Numbered from the stretch's first letter, positions 32,219 to 43,054 are shown. The stretch is 64,000 bases of DNA from an uncultured Methanosarcinaceae archaeon (GCA_963727895.1 CAVSHT010000008.1:128001-192000), one strand, 5' to 3'. Translations and numbers: made by a program. Notes: generated by a model not told the origin, from the letters alone.

Positions 32219-32764
32219 TTATTTTTTGATATTTACCAGCAACCTTTTTTTCGTTATGGGGACTAACTTTTTCCACTCTACTACTGAATCTTCGTAAAAT
32301 TCATATTCTTCTACGGTTTTATCAGAAAATTTGCCGTTTACTTCATATACATAAAAGCCCTCTTCTCCATCCGTAGAGACAACCTTTACCCGATTACCTA
32401 TTTTCTTGACCTCTACAGCAGCCACACTTTTTAGGGCTTCAAGAAGAGTAGTTCCTTGTTCAACTTCAAGCCTCTTGTTTTCTGCAAAGTTGTCCAGAAA
32501 AGAATAAATATTGTTCAGTTTAATGCTTATCATATGAGTATTTCCTATCTTATTCCTTTCTACAAGGTTAGCTTTTTCCAAGATATTCACATGTTTGGCA
32601 GCTACAGGTACGGAAATTCCCAGCTCTCTTGCAAGACCTGATATATGCTTATCCCCTTCACTCAGGTGTTCAAGAATTGAGAGACGTGTATCACTGGAAA
32701 TAGCTTTGAAAATATTTTTCCCAGTATTATTTAATCTTAAATCTTGCATAATATTTTCTACCAT
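32219..32764 (-). CDS. ArsR-family transcriptional regulator with C-terminal beta-grasp-like (DUF4430-like) domain
   Basis: FKAISSDTRLSIL...AKHVNILEKANLV HTH; TLLEAL...YEVNG C-terminal domain. Confidence 0.8.
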   Translation of the reverse strand: MVENIMQDLRLNNTGKNIFKAISSDTRLSILEHLSEGDKHISGLARELGISVPVAAKHVNILEKANLVERNKIGNTHMISIKLNNIYSFLDNFAENKRLEVEQGTTLLEALKSVAAVEVKKIGNRVKVVSTDGEEGFYVYEVNGKFSDKTVEEYEFYEDSVVEWKKLVPITKKRLLVNIKK

Positions 32765-33096
32765 GATGCTCTCTTATATTATCTGAAGTACTTATAATTA
32801 TTGCTTTTGATAAAACAAATAAAGCATATCTAGATGTTTGATAATTGCGTTTTTTACTTAATCGTTTAGCAAATTTACTTTACTATTTTTATATCTCTTT
32901 TATTTTTTTTATAAAATAATTTAGTTGACAGAGTGATTTTCAAATAATTTTTGTTAAATTTTAGTTTTTATTTACTATTTGTGCCAGATAATATTATTAA
33001 TATAACACAGTTTAAATTTTATAGTATGATTTATAACTCATCTAACTTTTTATACCAATCCCTATATAAAATAATCAGAGAGACAAAAATCATCTT

Positions 33097-33370
33097 AAAA
33101 AAAGAAAAAATTTAATGGAGGTTATTTAATAGAGGTTATATGTAAATTCAGTTCTGTGTAATGTGTAATCTACGGGACTGACCTTTGGAATGGCGTTTGG
33201 ACATAATGAAATAGATCTCAGCCCCATAGACTGCACAGTACAGGTAAATACTCCCACTCTCGAAAGACTGCAGTTTTAGGGAGTGTAAAATGGCAAATTA
33301 CTCCTGGAATACTGCATATTTATGGAAGCTTTATAGTATCTCATCGACAAATCAAGTAAATTTGATTTGC
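33097..33370 (-). ncRNA. Candidate structured small RNA (about 270 nt)
   Basis: BRE/TATA near 33395-33408, 5' hairpin, 19-bp G-U-containing stem, 3' U-tract. Confidence 0.45.
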
Positions 33371-33692
33371 TAATTCTTAAATTAGATACCAATATATATA
33401 AAGATTTCGTGGATATACGACGTTATTTGACGATTAATCATTAATTAAAAACAAGAGATCTTGAACTTGGATAAAAATGTAATGATTTATATAATTTAAA
33501 TGGGGGACAATAGTTGAAAATAAATACGTTACTTCATTTGTTGCGAAATGACTGTATAAAATATAAAAAAGATTAATAGAAAACTAGAGCAGTTAATCTA
33601 AATAATCAAGAAAATAAAAAAACCTTTCACTATGTTGCTAGACGATAAACATTAAATTATTTATATTTTTGATAGTTTTGGACACAATATTT

Positions 33693-34482
33693 TTAGGTTT
33701 TGAGTGGGCTGATAAGCATATTTCGCATCTGATTGTATGAATTTTGCACTATTTCAGTGCTTCCTTCCAGTTCTTAACCTCAAAACCGAAGTTAGATGCA
33801 AATTCTTCAATTCTTTTCTCAAAATTAGGTTCGTATGACAGTTTTGTGTTAATTCTGGCAACTTTGCGATAACCAAGTTCTCTGAGATGCTCAGGAGTAA
33901 ATTCAAACCCCATAAGTAGTTCATCGCCAACTCTGAATGCAGTCTTCCAGTTTATAGCCCACATAGGAGTTAAGAAGAAAGTATCACTGTGACTTCGCAG
34001 TATTTTCCGGTAACGAGAGTTACCCCCAAGAGCTGCTGCAATGCAATCTTCAAGGGGGTTGATTGATTCATTGCTATTGTCCTGCAATACCTCTATAAGG
34101 CATCCTGTATGAGCAAAATCTCTTTTTACTCTAGAAAATGCCCTTCCACATGAACCATAAAAAAGTAGAATTCCGTCCACAGACCGGGTCATAAGTGAAA
34201 TGTTTGTATACGTTTCATTTTTAAGTCTAACAGGATTTATATGGAGACCCATTCCCTGTAGATGGACAATAACACTGAATTCATTACTACGTTTCAGATC
34301 TGATTTTATTTTGTAAAAGGGTAAGGTTACTGGATCAAACCCTTCAGCTTTAAGTTTATGCAAAAGACCTTTGTTTTCTTCGTGTTCTATGATGTAGACT
34401 CTATCTATATCAAGGTCTTTTGCGATCACATGAGTTATTTCATCCTCAAACATTTGCAGCCAACTATCCCCAGAATTGTCAT
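33693..34482 (-). pseudogene. DUF1638-domain protein with two single-base deletions
   Basis: MTILGIVGC shifts into MFEDEI; GLH...LFYGSCG and DCIAAALGG; a second shift near 33775 leads into ELEGSTEIVQNSY... Confidence 0.75.
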
Positions 34483-35558
34483 GAAAATAAGCTTGTATCT
34501 GAGCTATTAAAGAGTATCTTTAACGAAAAAGCTAATAACTCTTAGCAGAAAGCAAAATTATATTTATTATGAGTTCTCGCTCCCATGGTTATTTTTAATA
34601 TTAATTTAATAATTTTTTGTAAAAAGATGGAATCCAAGAAATTTAAATAATTAGGATTTCTTTAGAGTTCTTGACAAAATAATGTTTAATAGGGAAAATG
34701 GAATTATTAATGCAAACTTTTTAAGAGTGGTATAATGAGGAATCTTGTCAAGACCAAGCTTTTCCTTTGTATTGCTCATAAGGTAAATAAGTTCTACAAA
34801 ATCACGATAGCCTGTATAAAATCAATAAATTTAATTACTTATTTGATGAAAATAGAGGTTGTTCCTAGTTTTTTGTGGGAACCAAAAATAAGAAGTATTT
34901 TTAATATTCTTTTTTGTAATGTTTTGGGGAAGCAGATTGTAGAGGATTTCTACAAAGCCCAAAAAGAGACCCTTTATATACTGTCTGTTTTACCAGAGTC
35001 ATACATTTTCTGCAAGAACCTGTTTTCAACAGTTTCTACAATTAGATGCCAAATAACGTTGTTACCTTTGAAGCTAAGGTACGTTACCCAAATCCATATC
35101 CTTACGTAGTTTTCGAGTTTATTTATATACGGCAAGAAGCTCACTCAATCCTCTATGTCGAGTGAACAGACTACAATAAGCTGGTGTTCATCCTGGGAGT
35201 GTGCAATCCTGAGAAATGTTCACCTAAATATTTGGATAGAAAAAAGCAATTTAAATTATATGGAATGGGAGGAATCAGTCAATTCAAACAAAATCAATAA
35301 CAAGAAAACCTGAAATTATATGGAATTTTAACATTAGTGAAGATGGGAAATCTTATCAGCAAAATTACGCGATCTTATTTCTCAAATACTCCAGCGCAAT
35401 AGATGAAGAATAATATTAGCAGCTTTAAAAGGGCATTAGAATAAAGATTCCAGTATCTAAAAATCTAGCAAATGTAACTTGAGAGTAGATACTTTCGGGT
35501 AAACCTCCAAAAACATGTAATAAGTAAAATCAAAAAACCATGTAAACCTTATAAAATG

Positions 35559-35585
35559 TTGCTCGAGGGTTCTACCCTCGAGCAA
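35559..35585. repeat. Perfect 12-bp GC-rich hairpin
   Basis: ttgctcgagggt-tct-accctcgagcaa. Confidence 0.8.
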
Positions 35586-35778
35586 ACCTCCACGGATCTC
35601 AAAATCAGTGTAATAAGCCAACAATCTCACATTGAATGTTAAGCTCAATCAATAAGAAACTGAATGATTTAACTTTTATAATGAACTTACATCAATGAGA
35701 ATTCCTGAATAATTTTAGCTTTTTTGATTAAAATGATGAGACTTAAGGTTAATTACATATCTTTCTCGAAAACTTGAA

Positions 35779-36243
35779 TCAATTGCTAAAAAAGGCTGTC
35801 AAATACGCAAGTGCAAAGTATCGCCCAAACTTCCCAATAAAAACCAGGATAGAAAAGTTTCGGAAAGGAATCTGCACAAGCCCAGCAACCATTGTAATTG
35901 CATCTCCTATTCCAGGTACCCATGTGAAAAGAAGCGTATAAACGCCGTATTTTTTAAAAAGCCTTTCACTTTTCTCAAGTTTTTCATGGGATGGAGACAG
36001 GTATTTATCCAGCACAGGTCGTCCTTTAAGTCCAAGGTAGTAAGTTGTGCATGACCCTAAATAATTACCAAAGGTTGCAACTATGACTACTGCCAAAGGA
36101 TTAAAACCCTGATATATAAGAGCAATTACCAGAGCTTCAGACCCAAAGGACAAGATTGTGGAAGCCAGAAAGCTTAAGATAAAGAGATTAAAGTAACCGT
36201 AGTTAGAAATAAACGAACTCAAAGTTTCAAGCATTGTATTCAT
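35779..36243 (-). CDS. YqaA/DedA (VTT) family membrane protein
   Basis: SFLASTIL...GSEA, GNYLGS, WVPGIGDAIT, GKFGRY. Exact start uncertain. Confidence 0.88.
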   Translation of the reverse strand: MNTMLETLSSFISNYGYFNLFILSFLASTILSFGSEALVIALIYQGFNPLAVVIVATFGNYLGSCTTYYLGLKGRPVLDKYLSPSHEKLEKSERLFKKYGVYTLLFTWVPGIGDAITMVAGLVQIPFRNFSILVFIGKFGRYFALAYLTAFFSN

Positions 36244-36694
36244 ACCATTATAATTCAGTTTTTTAAACTGTACTTCAAGCATTAATTACTCGGAGTTTAT
36301 GTTTAATTTGTTTTTTGCATTTCTGGCAAATAGTTTTAATTAATAATTTTTATATCTCTGCATACTACTGTATTTATATTATTTTATTCTTGAGTATGAA
36401 TTGGAATGATAAATGTTAAAATATTATGCATCAAAATATCTTACGTGTACTTCAACATTTTAAAAATATCATTTTTGTATTTATATAAATTAAGATGTCT
36501 TTAACTATAAAGTTATAAATAATCAAAAAAACCAGATTTAGATCATATTATATGATACTAGCCTATTTGATGCCCACAAATTATAAGGTTGAAGAGACGA
36601 TTTATGACGTTTATTAAGCAGAAAACCAGCATGGTATAAAGTATAAATAATAATTTACGATTAATTCTACTGTTAAAAATGGAGCCGTCCCTGT

Positions 36695-38059
36695 ATGGAA
36701 ACGTACACAAGCATTCCCGAAGAATTAAAGCTTGAAGTCCTTGATATAATAAAACCCACAGAATTCGAGAGAGAAAAACTTCTTATTATTCAGGAAGAAC
36801 TAGCCTCCGAGATTAAAGCAGCAGCAGAAAGACTTTGTATCCCGGATGTGCTTGTAAAAATGGTAGGCTCCGCTGCTAGAGGAACCTGGCTTTCAGGCAC
36901 TCACGATATTGATATTTTTATAAGCTTTCCGGAAGAAACATCCAGAAAGGATCTGGAAATTCTTGGCATGTCAATTGCAAAGGAAGTTGCAAAACACGCC
37001 GAACATGCCGAAGATCGCCATGCTGAACACCCGTATCTAAATATCATATACAAAGGCTTTGACGTGGACCTTGTTCCCTGTTTCAGGGTCGCTTCAGCTT
37101 CTCAGATCAAATCGGCAGTTGACAGGACTCCATTTCATAACGATTTTGTCAAATCCTGCATAAAAGGACGTGAAGATGAAGTCTTGCTTTTGAAGCAATT
37201 TATGCGTGGGGGAGAAGTCTATGGTTCGGAATTAAAGACTCAGGGCTTTTCAGGCTACTTGACTGAACTCCTTATAATTCGCTACAGTTCCTTCGAAAAC
37301 ACCATATGTGCAGCTTGTTCTTGGAAACCTGGTGATAAAATTGATATCATGAAGCATTCGAAAATCGAGCACGTAGAACCCTTTGTAGTTGTTGACCCAA
37401 CTGATCCAAAACGGAATGTGGCAGCAGCTCTTTCTCTTGACAAATTTTGCATGTTCATAGATCACTGCCGAGAATTTATGAAAAGCCCTGAACTCAGTTT
37501 CTTTTTTCCAGCCCCACTCCAACCTATTGAAGACAGTGAAATTCTGGGAAGGCTTGAAAGCCGGAAGAGCACTCAGCTTGCAATCGTCTTCAAAACTCCA
37601 GATGTAGTAGAGGATGTTCTCTATCCGCAGCTCTATAAAATGGAGCAGGCAGTGGCTGCTCTTCTTGAAGAATATGAGTTTTCAGTAATCAAAACCGGGG
37701 TCTGGTCAGGTAAAACTGAAACCACAGTTATGTTAGAACTTATTTCAGGTACTCTCCCAAACGTGAAAAAGCACGTTGGTCCCCCTGTCTGGGTAAAAGT
37801 TCATGCTGAGAAGTTCAAGGAAAAATACCATACATCGGAAGATGTTTTTGGAGGATATATAGAAAACGGAAAATACGTCTTTGAAATCCAGCGCAAGTAC
37901 CCGACAGCAACAGGGCTTCTCGAAGACCGGCTCATGAGCTGTTCCCTTGGAAAACAGGTGCATCAAAGCGTAAATGAGGGTTTTGAGATTATAGAATACA
38001 CAGAGATTTGCAGGTTAAAAGATCCTGATTTCAGGATTTTTTTAAGTAAATGGCTGTAA
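36695..38059 (+). CDS. cca: Archaeal CCA-adding enzyme
   Basis: VGSAARGTWLSGTHDIDIF, AEHPY, SAVDRTPFH, GFSGYLTELL, DPTDPKRNVAAA. Confidence 0.97.
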   Translation: METYTSIPEELKLEVLDIIKPTEFEREKLLIIQEELASEIKAAAERLCIPDVLVKMVGSAARGTWLSGTHDIDIFISFPEETSRKDLEILGMSIAKEVAKHAEHAEDRHAEHPYLNIIYKGFDVDLVPCFRVASASQIKSAVDRTPFHNDFVKSCIKGREDEVLLLKQFMRGGEVYGSELKTQGFSGYLTELLIIRYSSFENTICAACSWKPGDKIDIMKHSKIEHVEPFVVVDPTDPKRNVAAALSLDKFCMFIDHCREFMKSPELSFFFPAPLQPIEDSEILGRLESRKSTQLAIVFKTPDVVEDVLYPQLYKMEQAVAALLEEYEFSVIKTGVWSGKTETTVMLELISGTLPNVKKHVGPPVWVKVHAEKFKEKYHTSEDVFGGYIENGKYVFEIQRKYPTATGLLEDRLMSCSLGKQVHQSVNEGFEIIEYTEICRLKDPDFRIFLSKWL

Positions 38060-38518
38060 AATAGAAGAGGTCAATGAAGATTTGATTTTATCAAGCATAG
38101 AAGAATTTAAGCTTTCAGGAGGTTTGGTATTAAAGCGAGTTTAAAATTTCATATCGATTTTAATAAGAATGCGAGTACTAAGCTCAAGTTATATTCTTAC
38201 CAAGTTATTTTATATGTATTCTCTATATATTCTCTATTAAAACCTACATAGTAAACATATTACATTTCTTTCTGCGGGTGCTCGATACAATTTTTATGCA
38301 TTGACAGAGAAAATGAATTAATCACTTTGGAAAGTAACCTATATCGGTCAACATAACCAAACATAGTTAACAAAAAATAAATGTATATATCACATCCACT
38401 TCTTATATATACTGGTTTCTTTCTATACAAAAAACCTAATAAATAGAATAGAATTTAAAGATATTTCATAATTATCTGTTTTCAGATTAATTTAATCAAA
38501 TATTGAGGCGCAAATTAA

Positions 38519-39349
38519 ATGATATCCTCACATCAACTGGACTTTATGATGCTACTGTCTCTGATTTTTTCAGTCGCAGCAGGCTATTATATTTTTGTGC
38601 CGGAACCTCTCAGGACAAAATATTATTATAAAAATGTTGGTTCACCTGATATATCAGATATTTTACCTTATGCAGCTTCAGCGATATTTATTTTTATACT
38701 TATGGATTCACAGAGAGAAATCTCAAATTTCCTGGGCCTAAGTCCTTCTCTTAATTATGATAATTATATGTTGATGCTGGAAGGTACTAGAGTGAGTATT
38801 TTCCAGACTATAGCCAACCCAATGCTGACATATTTCTGTGGAGTTGTATATTTGATTGGATTTCCCTTCCTTTTGATTTTTACATTTGTGTTATTTCTAT
38901 TTAGCCAGGATGAGGAAACTCTTAAAGAGTATACAATTTCTTTTGTACTTACATATACGATAGCTTACGTTTTTTACATATTATTCCCCGTAAATGTAAC
39001 CGGACATGTGTTGCCAGATGTTGCTCCTTTGTTATACCAGCTGAATCCAGCTATTTTGCGGATAGCAACTATCTTTAGCCCTAGTCTTAATACGTGCTTC
39101 CCAAGTCTGCATGCCTCACTTTCAGTGATGGCAACACTATTTATTGTTTTCAAAACAGACCTTAAACGTTACAAGGTTTTTGCGGTAGGAACAACGATTC
39201 TCGTCCTGTTTTCAATATTATATCTTGGCATACACTGGATCACGGATATGATTGGTGGAATTATACTCGCTTTTATTTCCTATTTCGCAGCCACTCGAAT
39301 TTTAAAAAAGAGGTTCAAGGATGAAAGTACTCGTTTTTATATGCGGTGA
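38519..39349 (+). CDS. PAP2/Aur1-like membrane phosphatase or phosphotransferase
   Basis: CFPSLHA and YLGIHWITD motifs, multiple TM segments. Confidence 0.85.
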   Translation: MISSHQLDFMMLLSLIFSVAAGYYIFVPEPLRTKYYYKNVGSPDISDILPYAASAIFIFILMDSQREISNFLGLSPSLNYDNYMLMLEGTRVSIFQTIANPMLTYFCGVVYLIGFPFLLIFTFVLFLFSQDEETLKEYTISFVLTYTIAYVFYILFPVNVTGHVLPDVAPLLYQLNPAILRIATIFSPSLNTCFPSLHASLSVMATLFIVFKTDLKRYKVFAVGTTILVLFSILYLGIHWITDMIGGIILAFISYFAATRILKKRFKDESTRFYMR

Positions 39350-40445
39350 AGGGTTGGGTCACACCAGCCGTTGTATCGCATTAGGTCAGGAGTTGTTGGA
39401 TGCAGGCCATGAAGTTTATTTAGGATCATATGGTTATTCAAAGGAATTTATAGAGAGAAAAGGATACAGCACTGTTGAAATCCCACCTGAAATAGTACTT
39501 GTAGGCGATTCCGGTTCTTTAGATCTAAAAAAATCAATTATATCCACCCTGAAAAGCGGAAGTGTTTTTGGCATTTTTAAGATTCTGAGCTTATTAAAAG
39601 AAATAAAACCTGATGTTGTGGTTTCAGATAGTTATTTTACAGGAATAGTTGGCTCTAAAGCAAGAAGAATTCCTGTCTATTTAATAGTCAATCAATCAAA
39701 TATGGAAAATTTCTTTAAAGACGGAGGTATTATCCTCAGAACTATAGGCGGGATAATTAAACAGTTTTATAGCTGTATTTTCAGGATAGTTGACAGGATA
39801 ATAATTCCTGATTTTCCAATGCCTTATACCGTATGCCAGCAAAATCTTGCTTTTGAAAAGAAAGTTTCCAGAAATCTGTTTTTCAGCGGACCTCTTGTCC
39901 TCGAAAAATATGATAACGTAAAAGCTGAAGTTCTGCCAAAACCTCACGTATTATCTCTAATTGGAGGATTTGGATATCGAGAGCCCATATTTAGAAAAGT
40001 TATTGAAGTTGCAAAACGCGACAAAAATATAAATTATACTCTCCTTTCAGGACCGAATCTAAATCCGGAAGTATTCTCAAACCTTCCAGAAAATGTTACA
40101 ATTAAAAGTTTTATTAATGACCAGTTCCCTTATCTCAAGGCTTCTGATCTTGTGATTGCTCCAGGAGGGCATAGCACTATAATGGAAGCTCTTACTTTCG
40201 GAGTTCCAGTGCTCTCATTTCCTGATATGAATCATGATGAACAGGAAAGTAATGCTTCTGTAGTAGACTCTGAAGGTTATGGCAAACGTTTGGATTACAG
40301 TGCGTCTCCAGAAGAAATTCTTCAGTCGATAAGAACACTTTTAAATGATAAAAATATCCATCAAAAGGTTGAAAACATGAAAAAACTGTCTAAAGACCTT
40401 AACGCTACTGGAGCGATCAAAGAACTTCTCGAATCAAATCGTTAA
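39321..40445 (+). CDS. GT-B glycosyltransferase (family 28 / MJ1255-like)
   Basis: GEGLGHTSR, GGHSTIMEAL, EQESNA. Confidence 0.88.
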   Translation: MKVLVFICGEGLGHTSRCIALGQELLDAGHEVYLGSYGYSKEFIERKGYSTVEIPPEIVLVGDSGSLDLKKSIISTLKSGSVFGIFKILSLLKEIKPDVVVSDSYFTGIVGSKARRIPVYLIVNQSNMENFFKDGGIILRTIGGIIKQFYSCIFRIVDRIIIPDFPMPYTVCQQNLAFEKKVSRNLFFSGPLVLEKYDNVKAEVLPKPHVLSLIGGFGYREPIFRKVIEVAKRDKNINYTLLSGPNLNPEVFSNLPENVTIKSFINDQFPYLKASDLVIAPGGHSTIMEALTFGVPVLSFPDMNHDEQESNASVVDSEGYGKRLDYSASPEEILQSIRTLLNDKNIHQKVENMKKLSKDLNATGAIKELLESNR

Positions 40446-40530
40446 AAACATCAAAAAGTATAGTTTTGGTATCTAATGATCTAGAAGCTAAAATAATTCT
40501 TAACAAGGTTAATAACTGGATTGTGCACTC

Positions 40531-41577
40531 ATGAAAAATTACACAAAATGGGTAGCAAGCTCAATTTTGATTAGTGTAATCTCAATAGCCTTTGTTCTTT
40601 TCTTTACTCTGGATAAGACAACAATCGAGGTTGTTAGGGAAATTCGACCTGTATATATATTAGCTGCGCTTGGTATCCATCTGTTTTCCTTCTTTATATG
40701 GGGACTGCGCATAAAGTCAATGGCAGCCGCATTAGGGCATAAAATAGATCTTAAAACTTCCATCGAAATGGTAATTTCCGGTACTTTTGTTGCAGCTCTT
40801 ACCCCTTCTTCAATAGGTGGAGAACCTTTAAGAATTCATCTTCTAAGACAGAGGGATATGCCGGTTGGACAGGCTACTGCAGTTATTTTGGGAGAACGCG
40901 TACTGGATGCTTTATTGATCCTGTTAGCTGTACCTTTTTCGTTATATTTACTCCATGGTATACTGTCAGACTCCAGATTGGATCTCGCAGTTATAATAGG
41001 AGAAATTCTTTCAGTAATTGTCTTTGCTCTCGTGATATATGCAACTATGAAACCTCGCTATATCAAGATCATCATACATCGTCTTATAGGATGGACTGCA
41101 CGTCTTACTGGTAAGAAAACAGGAAAAAAACTGTATGTATTATTAGATACAGTTGATAGGGAAATTGATGAGTTTCATGCAAGCATAACTATCTTTCTGA
41201 CAGAAGGGCGTTCAGGTATCTATTCCGGGCTGATATATACAGTCATATATTGGATTGTGGAATTTTCCTCTCTTCCAGTAATTCTTATGGGTCTCAATCA
41301 AGCTCCTTCAGTACTCATTTCTTTCGCAGCGCAGGTTCTGCTTATGATTGTTATAGTTATGCCATTGACTCCAGGTGCAAGTGGTGTGGCTGAACTTGCT
41401 GCAATTTCCCTTTTTTCAGTCTTTGTGCCGGCAAGTGTTCTGGGAATTACAGTGGCAGCATGGAGAGCTTTTACGTTTTATACGAATATTGTAGTTGGAG
41501 GATTTGTGAGTTTTAAGTTGTTAAAAGACACAGAACTGGTGAAAAAATATCTAAAGCAATCTCAAAGTGAAGCTTGA
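40531..41577 (+). CDS. UPF0104 / lysylphosphatidylglycerol-synthase TM-domain flippase-like protein
   Basis: TPSSIGGEPLR, ERVLD, TPGASGVAE, WRAFTFY. Confidence 0.88.
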   Translation: MKNYTKWVASSILISVISIAFVLFFTLDKTTIEVVREIRPVYILAALGIHLFSFFIWGLRIKSMAAALGHKIDLKTSIEMVISGTFVAALTPSSIGGEPLRIHLLRQRDMPVGQATAVILGERVLDALLILLAVPFSLYLLHGILSDSRLDLAVIIGEILSVIVFALVIYATMKPRYIKIIIHRLIGWTARLTGKKTGKKLYVLLDTVDREIDEFHASITIFLTEGRSGIYSGLIYTVIYWIVEFSSLPVILMGLNQAPSVLISFAAQVLLMIVIVMPLTPGASGVAELAAISLFSVFVPASVLGITVAAWRAFTFYTNIVVGGFVSFKLLKDTELVKKYLKQSQSEA

Positions 41578-41629
41578 AGTGAATATGATAGTCATTAAAA
41601 GATATTTGTTGGTATAAATTAAAATAAGC

Positions 41630-42369
41630 GGCATTGGTAATCAAAAATAGATATATGTGCTTATAACATCTATTTCTTCATGAACTACCCCAGATGCAAT
41701 AGTTCCAGTCACAAAAAGAATTGTATAGTTGGCAGGCGTCAACGGTACAAATGCTCTGATTGTGGCTATAACTATACAGTAGAGATAAAATCAACTGCTT
41801 TTTCCGCCTCTGTTAAAAAACAGGCTTTACAACTTTACCTTGAAGGATTGGGCTTTCGCTCAATAGGAAGAGTTTTAGGGGTGAGTCATGTTTCTGTCCA
41901 AAAATGGATACAGAAATTTGGTCAGGAGTTAGAGAACCTAAAAAGTGAAAATGAGATATCTATTGTTGAAATAGATGAAATGCACACTTACATCGGTAAC
42001 AAAAAAAATATTGCTGGATCTGGATTGCTGTTGATAGAGTTGGGAAAAAGTTCATCAACTGCTCTTTTGGTAGCAGAGGAACGGAAACTGGAAAACTACT
42101 CTGGGAAAAAGTGAAGAAAAAAGAGATTGGAGAAGTGATGACAGATCACTGGAGAGCATATGCAGAGGTTCTTCCAGAAAAGAGTCATACTCAATCAAAA
42201 GCAGAAACATCTACAGTTGAGGGATATAACAGCATATTGAGGCACTTTCTAGCAAGATTGAGAAGAAAGACAAAGTGTTATACGAAGAGTCTTGAAATGC
42301 TAAAGTACTCGGTTATTCTATTGATGAAATAAAGAAATAAAGAGTTAACTATGTTTAGTTAACCATACC
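41630..42369 (+). mobile_element. IS1-family element (740 bp) with 8-bp TSD
   Basis: TSD aaataagc (41622-41629 / 42370-42377). InsA ORF 41680-42114, A8 slippery site at 42001, InsB frame. First zinc-finger Cys changed to Tyr. Confidence 0.95.
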
Positions 42370-42455
42370 AAATAAGCAAATATCTTTTTATTACACTTTA
42401 ATAAATATCTTCCAACTGGTTATCTATATTAAATCTGGTACGAGGTTAAAAGCTG

Positions 42456-42725
42456 ATGAAAAAACGAGAAAGACTGGAGATAATATATGAGATATTGGTT
42501 CTGATAAGCAATAATCATAACCAGATAAAACCTACCCCACTGCTTAGAAAATCCAATTTATGTTCAACTCAGTTTGAAAAATATATTTTAGAACTTCTTG
42601 AAAAGGAAATTATAGAAACTCAAGTCGTGGATTCAAAAAAGCACTATAAACTTACGAAAAAGGGCTTTAAATATATCGACGAATATAAATCATTTCTGAA
42701 AATGTTAGAAGAATTTGATCTTTAA
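42456..42725 (+). CDS. Small archaeal winged-helix protein
   Basis: KRERLEIIYEIL...KPTPLLRKSNL...YKLTKKG. Confidence 0.8.
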   Translation: MKKRERLEIIYEILVLISNNHNQIKPTPLLRKSNLCSTQFEKYILELLEKEIIETQVVDSKKHYKLTKKGFKYIDEYKSFLKMLEEFDL

Positions 42726-42825
42726 TCCTACTCATTCTAAACGTCATATTTTCAGTAATAACAAGTCTATTTTGTGTCTGTCAGCCGTTAAATCACCATC
42801 AAAAGGACTTCTCATTACAATTTAT

Positions 42826-43054
42826 GGCATTGGTAAGTAAACATTGTTATTTATTATGAGAACCTATATTTCTGCATGAATTGCCTAAGAAACATATACG
42901 TTTGAAGGTTATAACAGTATATTGAGGCACTTTCTGGCAAGATTGAGACGAAAAACAAAGTATTATGCAAAGAGTCTTGAAATGCTAAAATACTCGGTTC
43001 TTATATTAATGAAATACAGAAATAAAGAACTAGCTATGTTTAAGTAGCAATGCC
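42826..43054 (+). mobile_element. Internally deleted IS1 derivative (229 bp) with 8-bp TSD
   Basis: Ends ggcattgg / gcaatgcc, TSD caatttat. The insA start is joined directly to the insB 3' end. Confidence 0.9.

Noticed and set aside
34735..35109. 124-aa ORF (likewise 24746-24931, 35457-35648 and 61469-61672)
   Set aside because: Run through AT-rich intergenic or MITE-end DNA and lack protein-like motifs.
41630..43054. Composite transposon carrying the wHTH gene between two IS1-type elements
   Set aside because: Each element has its own distinct TSD, indicating independent insertions.
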